A DNA stretch of 64,000 nt from Mobula hypostoma (lineage: Eukaryota), in the NCBI RefSeq assembly GCF_963921235.1, contig NC_086097.1, forward strand, positions 213,406,001 to 213,470,000, read 5' to 3'. This document shows positions 24,810-38,142 of this stretch, in pieces. The notes below the pieces were generated by a model. The model was given only the letters and a program-made list of their open reading frames with translations, was not told the origin of the DNA and searched no databases. Position 1 is the stretch's first letter. The number at the start of each line of letters is the position of its first letter. Position numbers and translations under genes: made by a program.

Positions 24810-26240
24810 CCTTCTACAGATTCCCTGATTCCTCCCCTCTACCTATCTTCTTGTCCCCTGCAAACTTGGCCACAAAGCCATTAATTCCATCGTCACAATC
24901 ATTGGCATGTGCTGTGAAAAGAATTGGTCCCAACACCGGCCCCTGCAGAACACCACTAATCACCAGCAGCCAACCAGAAAAGGGATCCTTTATTCTCACA
25001 CTTTGCCTTCTGCCAGTCAGCCAGACTTCTTTCCATGTTATTTTCTTTACTGTGATACTATGGGCTCTTATTTTGTTAAGCAGCCTCATGTGATACCTTG
25101 TCAAAGGCCTTCTGAAAATCCCAAGTACACAACATCAACTGATTTTCCTTTTGTCTATCCTGCTTGTAATTTCTTCAAAGAATTCCAACAGGTTTGTCAG
25201 GCAAGATTTCTCGTTAAGGAAACCATGCTGACTTTGGCATATTTTATCATGTGCGTCCAGATACCCCAACACCTCATCCTTAATGATGGACACCAACCAC
25301 TGAAGTTAAGCTAATGGGCTTATAATTTCCTTTCTTCTGTCTGTCTGCCTCCCTTCTTCTAAAGTGAAGTGACATTTGCAATTTTTCAGTCCTCTGGAAC
25401 TATTCCAGAATCTATTAGTTCTAGAAAGATTGTTACTAATGCCTGCAGGATTTCTTCAGCTACCTGTTTCATAACCGTGGGATGTAGTCCTCCTGGTCCA
25501 GGTGACTTAACTACCTTCAGACCTTACAGCTTCCCAAGCAACTTCTCCTAAATAATAGCAATTTCACTCCCTTCTGTCTGTACCCTGATACACTCAAATG
25601 TCTGACGTACTGTTGGTGTCTTCCACAGTGAAGAATAATGCAGAATACGCAAGATTTTCTGTTATTTCTCTGTCCCACGGTACTCTTTCTCCAGCATAAT
25701 CTTCCAGTGGTCCGATATCCATTCTTGCTTCTCTTGCTCTTTATATATCTTTAAAAACTTTTGGTATCCTCTTTTATGTCATTGGATAATTTGCCTCCAT
25801 ATTTCATCTTTTCTCTCCTGATAGCTTTATTAGTTGTCTTCTGTTGGTTTTTAAAAGCTTCTCAATCCTCTAAATTCCCACGAATTTTTGCTCCATTATA
25901 TGCCCTCTCTTTTGCTTTTATGCAATCCTTGAGTTCCTTTATCAGTCACAGTTCCTTATCCTCTTTAGAATTGTTCTTCATCTTTGGGATGTGCCTATCT
26001 CGTGCCTTCCAAGTTGCCCCCAGTAATTCCAGTCATTGGTGTTTTGCTGTCATCTCTGCTAGTGTCCCCTTCCTATCAACTTTGGTCAGTTCCCCTCTCA
26101 TGTCTCTGTAATTCTCTTTACTCCACTCCACTGATAGATCTGATTTTAGCTTCTCCTTCTCAAACTGCAGGGTTGATTCTATCATATTATGATCACCGGC
26201 TGCTAAGGATTCCTTTACCTTTAGCTTCCTAACCCACAAT
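24810..26240 (-). mobile_element. CR1 LINE internal fragment
   Basis: Minus-strand DHNMIE, WLTGRRQ and QGPVLGP...KFAGD; same subfamily as the element at 61011-64000. Confidence 0.85.
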
Positions 26241-26746
26241 GTCATTGCTGACATTCTCTTTTACTGAGCATGGCAGTTATGCATATTTGGAGAGTGAGCT
26301 CCAAGACATCAACTTGTTTGTTTGTACTAAAGAGATGAAAGGATAAGAGGTAAAGGTGGGAAAAGTACTGAAGTTGATGGTCAGTAATAATCGTGTTAGA
26401 CAGTGGAGCTTGCTGCTATTTTCAGTATCTGACTCATTGACAGAAACGCAGAGGAAAGGACCTTACTACAAAGATCATCTTTTTGATCCTTCCTGCCCAC
26501 CGAACTGCTACGAATTTGCCTCTTTTAACAGCACCAACCCTAGAGGCTATGGAAAATATTAACCTCTTTCATATCTCAGTTGAAAGCTCTTAACAACGGC
26601 CATTGTTGGTGATGAAATTCACTTTTGGTTTGAATTCATTTTTGTTATTACTGTATGCTTCTGAAATCCATCTGTGAGAAATATGAGCTAGGTCAGCACC
26701 CTTTTAAAAGCCAACATCGTTGGCGTCGATGTGCCAATTACAGTTG

Positions 26747-26936
26747 CAAACAAGAAAAAAATCTGCCGATGCTGGAAATCCAGGCAGAGCACATTAAATG
26801 CTGGCGGAACTCAGCAGGCCAGGCAGCATCTACGGGGGAAAAAGTACAGCCGACATTTCAGGCTGAGGCGTCAACTATACTTTTTTCCTTAGATGCTGCC
26901 TGGCCTGGTGAGTTCCTTCAGCATTTTGTCTCTGTT
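26747..26936. mobile_element. Fold-back Penelope-terminus insertion with TSD
   Basis: Two opposed copies of the terminal repeat; CCAATTACAGT duplicated at 26734-26744 and 26940-26950. Confidence 0.8.
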
Positions 26937-27064
26937 GCACCAATTACAGTCGACAAGCTCTATTTGACAGGCTCTATGATTTGCATGCCTGACAGCAGAT
27001 TGTTGAAGCTCTTGCTAATCCAAAAACAGCCACAGCAAGAGACAGCGAAGGTGATAAAGAAAAA

Positions 27065-27350
27065 TTGAATGTTCAATGTAAATTTATTATCAAAGTTACA
27101 TATGTCACCATATAGAACCATGAGATTCATTTTCTTGTGGGCATTCACAATAAATGCTAAGAAGAACTAAAATAAACAAGCAAATAAAAAATAAGCAATA
27201 AATTTTGAGAACATGAGATGAAGAGTTCTTGAAAGTGAGTCCATTGGTTGCGGGAACAGTTCAGTGGAGTGAGTGAAGTTTATACCCTCTGGTTCAAGGG
27301 TTCCCTGATGGTTTACGGTAATAACTGTTTCTAAACCTAGTGGTGTAGGT
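27065..27350 (-). mobile_element. Rex1-like LINE 3' end
   Basis: Homologous to 60025-60660 (TGAGATTCATTTTCTTG...AAAGTGAGTCCAT...CCCTCTGGTTCAAG). Confidence 0.6.
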
Positions 27351-28238
27351 CCTGGAAAATGATTCAAGAATGTGTCCAAAGCCTCAACTTGTATTCTTGG
27401 CACAACACATCGGCCAGGTAGGGTAATGGCAAATAAACATTCAAGGTAATTATGGGAACTTCAAGCCCTATATTGGGAGGATGCGGATGCCCTGCATAAA
27501 CGGTAAGAGTAGAGTAATACTTCCTAGATCACTTATCTGCTATCCTTTCAAGCATTATCTGTCTTGTCTGTGGAAGGATAGGTGGGTTCCAAGTTGACTT
27601 CACCAGCCAACTTGGAACCCACAAAACTGGAGTAGAAGCAAAATAGCCTTGATCCTGACGGACTGCCCTGACTTTTATATGGGAAATTTGGTCCATATGA
27701 TGGTGCTGTATAATATTAATTGCATTTAAAAGTTTCAATATGTTCCTTTGGGCCAGAGTATGAATTTGGTAACAAGCTGGCAGAATATATCACTATTCTG
27801 TGGGGAGCACTTTATTAATTCTTTGTTTTGGCTTCTTGATGAGTGCTGTCTTGATCTTAAATCACAGATCCTTGAGTAATGTTGCCTTGAGATGAGATTC
27901 TGTTTGAGCCTGAATTGGCAAAAAAAATCTGACACCTGACTAAGCCGTAGCCATTCATTTAAAAGTCTCTGCAGCTGGTACAGTGCTGGATGGTCTTTTT
28001 GTACTGTATCATTTTGAGATTTAATTATTTGTAAGTAAGTTTGTATGCATAGTTTTAAGTTCCTCCAATTTAAAAGAAATTATAGCAAATTAATATTCAT
28101 CATATAATATTGAGGCAGTTTAGATCTTTCATCAGTATGGGGAAACTGATTATTAGTGGTAAAAATTGTGACTGAATTGAAATGCTGTTTCTATAAAACT
28201 CGATCTGTCCAAAATAGTTTCTTCATCTGCTAATGACC

Positions 28239-28255
28239 TGTGTGTGTGTGTGTGT
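28239..28255. repeat. (TG)n microsatellite
   Basis: About 8 TG units. Confidence 0.8.
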
Positions 28256-29577
28256 ACTCTTAATATCTTTGGTTAAGAGATCAATGAACTTACAGTATTA
28301 TAAGATTAAATATTGAAAATGATGTCTGAACTCCTTTGGGATGATATTTATATATTTTTATGTTTTTGAGGAATAAGTTGCTGAACTTACTATGATTTTA
28401 CAAGAAATGGTCATTTGAATCAGTTTCTTTCCTATAGTATTATGTAGATTCCTGTCCACATTTGTTTGCTCGTAATCTTAAAATCCTAGTGTAAATGATC
28501 CTGGCAGAAATGACACTCAGTCTGACAGGTGGGTTTTTAGCTGTAAACTGTTCAGTATTCACTTTTGTACACGTCTGATTTTTCTTTTTCTCTCCTCTGC
28601 TTATACGTTTTTTTTGTCAGCTGATGTTCACTTTTTCTTCAATATAGGCTGAAAATTTTCAGTCAGTTTTTTTGGATATGTGCAAAAGCAGTGTATTTTG
28701 TTCTATTTGATCACTCTTTCAAACCTAAAGCTTTCAAAGATGTATCATTGGCTATCAGGGTGACAGAAGGAAATTCTGTGTCTTGAGGACTTTGGAGTTT
28801 CTGTGCCACGCCTGGAGTACTATGTACAAGTTTTGTTCCCCTGCTTAAGTAGGATATAGCAACCATGGAGGCATTTCAAAAGAGATTCATCAAGTCAATC
28901 CCTGGATTGACAAGAACGGCTAAACAGATTGGTTATCTATTTTGTTTTTGAGTCCAGAAAAGAGATGTTTCAGTAAGATCATTTTATATCCTAAGGGCAC
29001 ATGTTGAGGTAGGTGTTGGGACTAAACATAGGGTCTCAAAAGAGGAAACTGTTTGAAGGGATTGATCATTTGGAGAAATATGGAAATTGCTTTTCTCAGA
29101 AGCTGAATCTCTGGAATTATGCCCTAGAGAATTGTGGCAGCTCGTTCCATAAGTATTTAAAATGGAGGTAGATAAGTTTTTGAAAGTATGGTGCATTGAG
29201 GAGTTGTGGATGTGGCATAGAAGAGGATGTGGAGGCCTGGTTTTGATCAGTTCTGATCCTATTGAATGGCAGGCAGCGTTGAATGTTTACGTAGCCTATT
29301 ATTATTTTGTTGTGTCGAGGTGGACCAAGAGCTTTAGTTTGGGAAAATTGCACTAAACATGTATTTGTGATATGAGCTTTCTTGAATATGTCTAGGTCAA
29401 TGATAAAACATTTTTCCATATAATGTAGCTTTCTAATTTCCCTCTTGGGATGCTTGTGTTTGGTTCTGCAGCTGGTAGAAAGTGGGTGAAACCAGTAATT
29501 TAGTTAAGTAGATTAAAACTGAGTTGGAGCTTTTCAAATTTCCCAAATCAATAGAAAATGAGGTAATGAGAGAATCA

Positions 29578-29724
29578 AGCAACACACACAAAATGCTGGT
29601 GGAACGCAGCAGGCCAGACAGCATCCATAGGAAGAAGCATAGTCGGCATTTCAGGCCAAGACCCTTCGTCAGGACTAACTGAAAGAAGAGATAGTAAGAG
29701 ATTTGAAAGTGCAAGGGGGGTGGG
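29578..29724 (-). mobile_element. Short Penelope terminal insertion with 12-bp TSD
   Basis: ATGAGAGAATCA at 29566-29577 and 29725-29736. The minus strand reads TAGTC-CTGACGA-AGGGTCTTGGCCT-GAAA-TGCC-GACTA. Confidence 0.8.
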
Positions 29725-30368
29725 ATGAGAGAATCAGTGATTATAAGATCATAGTACAGCTTTGGAGCTATTTATTAGTGCTAATCAAAACCCAATTCAA
29801 AGGGAGCTCAGAGGATTTCTCAATTTTGAAATCTGTAACAATTTTTAGATTGCCTTGAAAGCTAAATTGGAAAAATTGCAAAACTTTAGATGCCAAGAAT
29901 CAATAAAAGGTGTGATGAACATAAATGTACTATCAAGATCCATCTGAATTTGTTTTCCAGTAGAAGTAAGCCTTTGTTTAAAAAAAACATGCAATATTTC
30001 ATATTCCAATAGTTTGTTTTTCTTCCATGTATATAAAATCTTTTGCTTTTCTCAGGATTGTCCTGTGGCTCAATGATGTGTCCTGAATGGAAAGGGATTT
30101 TGTGTAATATTGTAAAAGTATGTGAATGTGCTAGAATTCAAGTTGATGATCATGTTGGGTGTTAATGATAGTTTGTTCATTATTCCTAAAAGGTCCTTAA
30201 ATTTACTGTTTGGGATGCAACTCAGATGTTTGAGTTCAGATGAGATGCAAGTGGAGCCAATAAAAGGAGCTTTGGAGTGTAAAGACAAATATACTTAAAC
30301 ATTGAAAACATTACAAACAAAATGAGTTTAACAAAAGATGAGGGAAGCACCTAAGGGTTATCTTAGGG

Positions 30369-30448
30369 TGGGGCTTCCCAATCTTTATTATGCTATGGAT
30401 CCATACAATTAACCAAGGGGTCCATGGATCCCAGGTTGGGAACCCCCG
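30369..30448. mobile_element. 80-bp hAT (Charlie-like) MITE
   Basis: Imperfect TIRs TGGGGCTTCCCAATCT / AGGTTGGGAACCCCCG; 8-bp TSD TCTTAGGG (30361-30368, 30449-30456) with central TA. Confidence 0.8.
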
Positions 30449-30701
30449 TCTTAGGGTATCTGTCAAAATAGTACTGATCTATGTGATCTTTCCAAGCAGT
30501 GAATGGATGATATTCAACAGTGTAGTATAAATTATTTTGGAGGAATAAATGAAAAGTACATGGAGCAGTCTCTCATCCAGGGTATGAATTTTAATGATTA
30601 AGCACTACAGGCATTACAGAAGCAGGAAAAGTGTAGTTTAGTGTCAGAAAATGTCTGTTCAAAACGTACTTGCAAGTGAAAGGGGGTTAGTAATTATCAT
30701 T

Positions 30702-31293
30702 AACACAAGAGATTCTGCAGTTGCTGGAAATCCAGAGCGTTTCACAGAAAATGCTGGAGGAACTTAGCAGGTCAGAAAGCATCTATGGATATGAATAAAC
30801 ACTTGACATTTCAGGCCAAGACACTTCTTCAGGTCTGGGAAGGAAGGGGAAGATGCCAGAATAAAATGGAGGAAGGGGAAAGGGGACTAGCTGGAAGGTG
30901 ATAGGTGAAGTCAGATGGATGGGAAGGTAAAGGGCTGGAGAAGAAGGAATTTGATAGAAGAGAGTGGGCCATGGGAGGGGAGGGGGAGAAGGAGGGGCAC
31001 CAGGGGGAGGTGATAAGCAGGTGAGGAGAAGAGGTAAGAGGAGTGGGAAAGGGAAGAGGTACAGAAAAAATTATGGGAAGGAGAAATCGATATTCATACC
31101 ATTAAGATTGGAAACTACCTAGACGGAATGTAAGTGTTGCTCTTCCAACCTGAGAGTGGCATCACCAAGGCAAAAGAGGAGACTGTGGATTGACACGTCA
31201 GAATGGGTATAGGTATTAAAATGGTTGGCCAGAAATTTCGCTCTTAGGGGCGCTCAACAAAGCAGTCCTCCAATTTATGTAGGGTCTCACCAA
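30702..31293 (-). mobile_element. Penelope 3' fragment
   Basis: Collinear with about 18545-19190. Confidence 0.8.
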
Positions 31294-32164
31294 GTGGAAC
31301 TCTAACCCTGTTAAGGTGGCAGGAAGAGATGAGGAATTTCCGTTGCCAGACTGTAGTGAACTTGTGGAATTCATTGCCATAGATAGTTGTGTTGGCCAAG
31401 TCATTGGTTATATTTAAAATGAAAGCTGATAGGGTTTTGAATGGTCAGAGCTTCAAAGGTTACAGGGAGAAGACAGGAGAATGGGGTTAAGAGAGATAAT
31501 AAATCAGCCACGATGGAATAGAGGAGCACCCTTAATAGGTCTAATTCTGCTCCTATGTCTATGGCCTTGTGGTCTTTATTACCTTGAAATTTTGTTTAAT
31601 GAATTTACACGTTTTATTTAAATCTTTGCTAAAAACAAAGGTGAAAAACTCATTCTGTTGCATTTAATCATCCATGCCATTGAAGAAATGGGATGCCCTA
31701 AACCCAGAGAAGGTCCTGAATACAGTAGAAAGGGAGGAAACAGGTGAAAAGATGTGTTGTTATCTGGGACATTTGTCTAGCAGAGCTTCCTATTTCCACC
31801 ATTTCGAAAAGCAGACAGTAGTGAAGAGACTAGCAGAAACTTTATCCTCTTCTTGTAATATTGGAGGTAGGGAATCATCGAAGATGTGATCAAAGTGCTA
31901 TCTTTGTTCTCCTCCACCACCCCCCCCACTGCCCCCCCATTCATTCAATTGAGATATGTGCTGCTTGGTGGGAACTGAAGAAGGAGGACCGCTTTGTCTA
32001 CTCTTGACATTTAAAGCAGCCAGGCACAGTTTGAATTGTATTTTTGGAGGCAATACAAGATTAAGCTATGCCTTATTATCACTCAAACCCATGGCCTTCG
32101 AAAGACCTCAAAGGTTGCTCTGCTTGTTTGCAATTCTAATGGTAAGGCTTACATGACAACAATT

Positions 32165-33145
32165 ATGTGAATTCCACAGATTCACCGCCTTCTGAATGAA
32201 GAAACTCCTCATCCCTGTTCAAAATGGATGTCCTATTTTGAGACTGTGCCCTTTCTTTCTCGACTTACCCACTATAGGAAACGTCCTCTCCAGATCCACT
32301 TTATTTAGGCCTTTCAATATTCAACAAGTTTCAATGAGATTCTCCTTCATTCTTCTGAACTCCAGTGAGTACAAGTGCAGAAGCACCAAACAATCCTCAT
32401 ACATTAACCCTGTCATTTCCAGGATCATTCTCATGAACCTCCTCTGCACCCTCTCCAGTGCCAGCACATCCTTCCTTGGATAAGGGGCCTAAAACTGCCA
32501 ATGATTCTCTAAGTGCAGTCTGACAAATGCCTTATAAAGCCTCAGAATTACATCTATGCATTCATATTCTTATCCTCTCAAAATGAATGCTAATGTTGCA
32601 TTTGCCTTCCTTACTAGACTCAACCTGCAAATTAACTTGTAGGGAATCTTGCACAAGGGTTTCCAAGTGCATTTGCATCTGATTTTTGAATTTTCTCCCT
32701 GATCTAAATAGTCTATGCCTTTGTTCCTTCTACCAAAGTGCATGACTGTACCCTTCCATACTATATTCCATTTGCCATTTCTTTGCCTATTCTCCTAATC
32801 TAAGTCTTTCTGCAGACACCCTGCTTCCTCAACACTACTTGCTCCTCCACCTATCTTCATATAGTCTGCAAACTTGGCTACAGACCAATCAATTCTGTCA
32901 TCCAAATCATTGACATATAATGTGAAAGGAAGCCAACCAGAAAAGGCCCCCTTTATTCACACTCTTTGCTTCCTGCCATTCAACCAATCTTCTATCCATG
33001 CTAGTATCTTTCCTGTAATACCATGGACTCTAAATTTGTTTAGCAGCCTTATGTGGCACTTTGTCCCGTGACTTCTGAAAATACAAATAAGCAACTGCTG
33101 TCTCCTTTGTCTATACTGCCTGTTATTTCCTCAAAGAATTCAACA
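32165..33145 (-). mobile_element. CR1 LINE RT fragment
   Basis: Reverse complement of the CR1 RT region (GCAAACTTGGC, GCCTTATAAAGCCTCAG). Confidence 0.8.
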
Positions 33146-33319
33146 GATATGAATTATATGCTTGATGGATCATTGTCCATTTTGATGCAAGTAGCAGCAC
33201 TTGTGATATTTTTGTCATGTAATACTACGAGCCTATTGCAGCTTTTGATGGAATGTATTTTTTCCAGCATTCAAGGCTCATTATTTGCCATTGTGTATGG
33301 TTCATCAAAGTCACTTGGA

Positions 33320-33468
33320 CTTCTCCACTTTCCTTTCCAGTCCTGGTGAAGGGTCTTGGTCAGAAACTTTGACTGTTTACTCTTTTCCATAGATGTTATC
33401 TGGCCTGCTGAGTTCCTCCAGCATTTTGTGTGTGTTGCTTTGGCTTTCCAGCATCTGCAGATTTTGTC
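33320..33468 (+). mobile_element. Penelope terminal-repeat fragment
   Basis: CCAGTCCTGGTGAAGGGTCTTGGTCAGAAACTTTGACTG...CTGCTGAGTTCCTCCAGCATTTTGTGTGTG. Confidence 0.8.
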
Positions 33469-35812
33469 GTTTTTATAATTCACCAGCAGTTATTGTTCCA
33501 TGGAGCAAGTACGTAAAGGGTTCTTGGGTGGACATGAAACAAATGAATAATGTTTGGAACAGGACAAGGCCATCCAGTTTCTTGAGTCTTTCCCACCATT
33601 CATTAAGATTGTGGCTAATCTTGTGCACAGAGCCTTTTTCCAGCACTATTTCCATATATGTTGATCCACTTCATTATGGGTTCCAGTATTTTTCCTGTCA
33701 TAGTTATCAGGCTAGAAGGTTTATATTTCCTGCTTTCTATCTGCTTACTTCCTTAAGATAGTGAAGTCATATTCTACCTGCCAATCTATTTGAACAGTTC
33801 CAATTTCTACAAAAAAAAACCTTTGAATGCCGTCCAGAGGATTTACCATGAGTGAAGTGATTTAGAAGACTCAGGTTGACCTGCCTGCTGATCAGCTTGA
33901 GTCTGAACACTCTTGAATTGCAACGTGACTAGCTCCCTAAATGTACCTTGCTTTCAATTATTTTTGATTTGGTCAAACTAAAGAAACAGTAAAGTAGTAG
34001 AACTTTGCAGGTAATATTTTGAACCTGAAGTTATCCTTCTAGATGGTGAAAGATGCCATCTAAGTAGTTTGCTGGGTTGCTGCCATATGTGTATCCTGAA
34101 ATTAGTGTGCAGTGCAGTTGTGATGCACTATGTTGTTGGACGTAAGATAAAGTTTTTTTTTTGCCAGTGAGAACTATAGATCTGAATATTCCCATTCTCG
34201 GAATCAAACCAATCTTTATCATTCTGTGATTCCCTCCCCCCCCCCCCGCCCATTCTGATTTTCTTTATTCTCCCTTTCCAGCAATTCTTACTGATGCATG
34301 TTCACTTTCCTTCTGGAAGAAGTTGGATAGTTGAGGGGAAGAAATCATATCCAAACATCTATTCTTAAGTATTTATAAAGAATAGTTTGTTTTGCAACTG
34401 ATTACTGGCACGTTTTCCACATGATTCACTAAATTGATTAATTTCATCAGTCAGATTTGTAGTTAGTAGTATTTATTGTATTATTAAATAATACTCTTTT
34501 TCCTTTTAAGATTGAATTCATTGACAGGATTATTTGGGTATTGAGATGGTGTTATGTATTTTTTTAATGACCCACCATGGAGTAGTGGGGTGTTTGTGTG
34601 TTTAGGAGGAGGAGGATATGAAATCCTGACTGATGACCCCCGCCCCCCAATCGTTGGAGTTTGAGCCATATGTATTTGTTTTCATTGATCCATTTATGAT
34701 GTAGCTGCAGGAAAGCTCCAGTAATCTGTTTTGACAGGTGAATGATAACACAAAATAGCCTTTTTGTTTCTGGAAAAGTTTTTCAGAGGCAGGAGTGGAT
34801 TGGCTTTTGCCCCAAAGATGTGGGCAATATTAATGCCTTATTGTCCCTGAGAGTAGGTTTGAGAAGAGTGTTCTGAATGATTTAGGTTGGCAGGTTTCCT
34901 TTTCTGGAATGACATTAGAGCATTAGAACATGAGAAAAAGGAGCAGGAGTTAGGCCATATGGCTTGTCACGTCTGCTCCACCATTCATTAAAATCAGTGG
35001 CTAATCTGATCTGGTAAGCGTTCTGATATTAGCAAGCCTGATGAATTTTTATGACATTTCTGTGGTTGTGTGGTCTTCAGTACTAATGACTAGTTTTTTT
35101 TAAATTTTGGTTCATAATCTGGAATTTAAATTCCATAGATGGTAGGGTGGGTTGAATTTGCATCTCAGCATTGATAGCCCTGCTCTCTAGATTTCTAATC
35201 AAATAATAATTCCTCGGTACCTTAGTTTAAATGTTTCGGGAAAGTGTGTTGCATCCTCATGATCTGCAGCTTTCTAGTACTTGAGCCATCCAATTTGATG
35301 CTTTGAAATGTAGTCACTTGCAACTGTGTAGAAACTAGACTATGTGTGCAACAATAAAGTAATTGGATTCTTTTCAATAGTGAATGATAAATATTAGGAT
35401 ACTGTGGGGAAGCTTTGGGCAATTGCCAGGGAGCTGATGTAACTTTGCATTAAAGTTTACTTGAAAACTTTCAATTCTACCTGTGGAAGTACCCAAGAAC
35501 TATTCTAAAGTGTTGTCTGGATCATATGTTTTCCCTTTTTGTGGAGCTTGAATCCACGCATTTCATGAAGTGTGAATTATACCATCTAAGTGACAATTAA
35601 CGTGTTCAGTAGTGGGTATAAGTGAATAGTTACTTATAGTGCATCTGCCAAGCAGCTTGCTCAGTTCTGCCATCCTTTCGCCCAGAGATGAGTCATATCA
35701 GAATTGGGAGGGTTGGGGCCATGTCAGAGGTTAAACTGAAGAACTTCTGGAACAGAGGTTAAATCTGCCACACAATTACCGAAGGGGCACGGTGTGGTGT
35801 GTAAATATAATA

Positions 35813-35966
35813 CAGGTCAACCTTCACTAATCCTGCACCATTGGGACCTGAGGAGTGCCGGATTAGTGAAAATGCCGAATTACAGAAGAATCACATTAAG
35901 CATAAACGGTGCCGGATTACCGAAGGAACTGGATTACAGGTAGTCGGATGAGTGAAGGTTGACCTG
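35813..35966. mobile_element. 154-bp MITE of Tc1/mariner-pogo (Tigger-like) type
   Basis: TIRs CAGGTCAACCTTCACTAATCC / GGATGAGTGAAGGTTGACCTG; TA on both sides; internal (C)CGGATTA repeats. Confidence 0.85.
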
Positions 35967-36169
35967 TACCAGTCTTCAATGTAACAGGCATTTTGCTTGT
36001 AACCATGGGCGATTTGTAAGCCCATAGCAGTTACGCAAGTGAAAGGAAATACAAATGATTTTTCAGGACTGTTTTTTGGTTGAGAAGTGCCATTCTGCAT
36101 AGGACCTTGAGGTCTTCAAGCCTGTTCAACCATTAAATAAGGTTGTGTTTGATTCTTGACTTAAATCTA

Positions 36170-37700
36170 ACCCCTATAGACATCAATGGACCTGGGGTTG
36201 AGAGGGTGAACAGCTTTAAGTTCCTCAGCATAACCATCACCGAGGATCTCACGTGGTCTGTACAATACTGACTGTGTGGTGAAAAAGGCAGACAGTGCCT
36301 CTTTCACCTCAGATGGTTGAAGAAGTTTGGTATGGGTCCCCAAATCCTGAGAGCTTTCTGTAGGGGCACAATTGAGAGCATCCTGACTGGCTGCAACACT
36401 GCCTGGTATGGGAACTGTACTTCTTTCAATCACAGGACTCTGCAGAAAGTGGTGTGGACATGTCAATATGTACAATGAGGAATTAAATTAACAAAGGAAC
36501 TGATTAACAAAGCTAAACAATATATCAATAATAATAAGAAAAAATAAAGTGTTATGAATATTTTTTAAGGGGAAAAAAAGGGAAAAAAGAACCCCTACTA
36601 ACTAAAACAAAAAAACCCTGCTAACAAAAAAAACATGGGAAAAAAAAACCTTTTGGAGCACAACCCCGGAGCTATACGCCATACAAGCTTTCATAAAAGA
36701 AAAACATCAATCCGCCAACTCAAATCCATTTAAACAAGACTCAGAAGGAGACCATCTTAATTAACTCAAATCAGATGATAGTAGCTGGCAAATGAACCCC
36801 ACCTTTTCTCAAAGTCAAATTGAGGATCAAAAGTTCGACTTCTGATTTTCTCCAAACTAAGACATAATATCACCTGAGAGAACCATTGTATCAAAGTGGG
36901 AGCAGAGGTATCTTTCCATTTCAATAAAATAGCCCTTCTGGCCAGTAATGTAACAAATGCAATTACATGTTGGTCTGATACAGAAATACCATGAATATAT
37001 TGAGGGATTATACCGAACAAAGCTGTCAGTTTATTAGGTTGTAAATTAATTTTTAAAGCTTTAGAAATTATAGAGAAAATAGATTTCCAGAAATGTTTCA
37101 ATACAGAACACGACCAAAACATATGTGTCAATGTAGCTGTCTTGGTTTTACATCAATCACACTGACTATCAACATTAAGAAACATTTTAGACAGTTTCTC
37201 CTTTGTCAAATAGTAACGATGTACAATTTTAAATTGAATTAAAGAGTGACTGGCACAAATCGAAGAAGAGTTAAGAGTTTTTGTTGATCTTCAATAATTA
37301 ATAAAAAAAAATTAAAAAATGAAAATGAGTGTGGTGTAGACAGCCCAGCACATCTGTAGATGTGAACTTCCCACTATTCAGGACATTTACAAAGACAGGT
37401 GTAAAAAGCACCTGAAGGATCATTGGAGACCCGAGTCACCCCAGTCACAGACTGTTCCAGCTGCTACCATCCAGGAAACTGTACCGCAGCATAAAAGCCA
37501 GGACCTACCAGTTTCGGGACAGCTTCTTCCACCAGGCCATCAGTCTGCTTAATTTGTGTTTCTATGTTATATTGACTATCCTGTTGTACATAATTATTAT
37601 AAATTACTATAATTGTACATTGCACATTTGAATGGAGATGTAATGTAAGGATTTTTACTCGTATATGAAAGATGTAAGTAATAAAGTCAATTCAATTCAA
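36170..37700 (+). mobile_element. Rex1/Babar LINE 3' fragment split by an L1 insertion (parts 36170-36460 and 37331-37700)
   Basis: ERVNSFKFL.ITITEDL and IESILTGC.TAWYG remnants; continues after 37331; TCAAT-repeat tail near 37690-37700. Confidence 0.8.
36461..37330. mobile_element. L1-clade LINE 3' end, mostly inverted, with poly(A)
   Basis: Minus strand encodes SSICASHSLIQFKIVHRYY...C..C...ATLTHMFWSC...FWKSIF (L1 ORF2 C-terminal Cys-rich domain). Plus-strand AATAAA and A-rich tail at about 37300-37326. Confidence 0.8.
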
Positions 37701-38142
37701 TCTGCATAATGTGAGATTCTGCAGATATTGTAAATCTTGAGCAGCGACACAAAATACTGAGGGAATTCAAGTTGGGCAGCATGTATGGAGAGGAATAAAC
37801 TAAGTTTCAGGCTAAGACTCTCTGTCAGTCCTGATTTCTCCATACCTGCATTAAACCCTAAGCCCTAACATTTTTGTTTGCTTAAGGTTTACCAGTCTCA
37901 GATTAAAATTACAACAATTGCCATTTGAAAAAAAAATAAACATTACACAATACTTCTACCTGCCTTTGGAAGTATTTTCAAACTTCAGCCTTGAAAGATT
38001 TGCATTGTATTTTTTTTCCCCAAGAAGGCTGCCGCTTGTTATACTGAAGGATCCCCTTGCTATCTTGAACTTGAACAAAGCACTCAAGTTTGCCAATTCC
38101 TGAAGTGCAATGTAAATTTGAGAGGTTATTCTTTATAATGAC

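Noticed and set aside
28575..28650. Strong polypyrimidine tract plus AG as a possible hidden exon
   Set aside because: No convincing donor or CHD-like frame follows.
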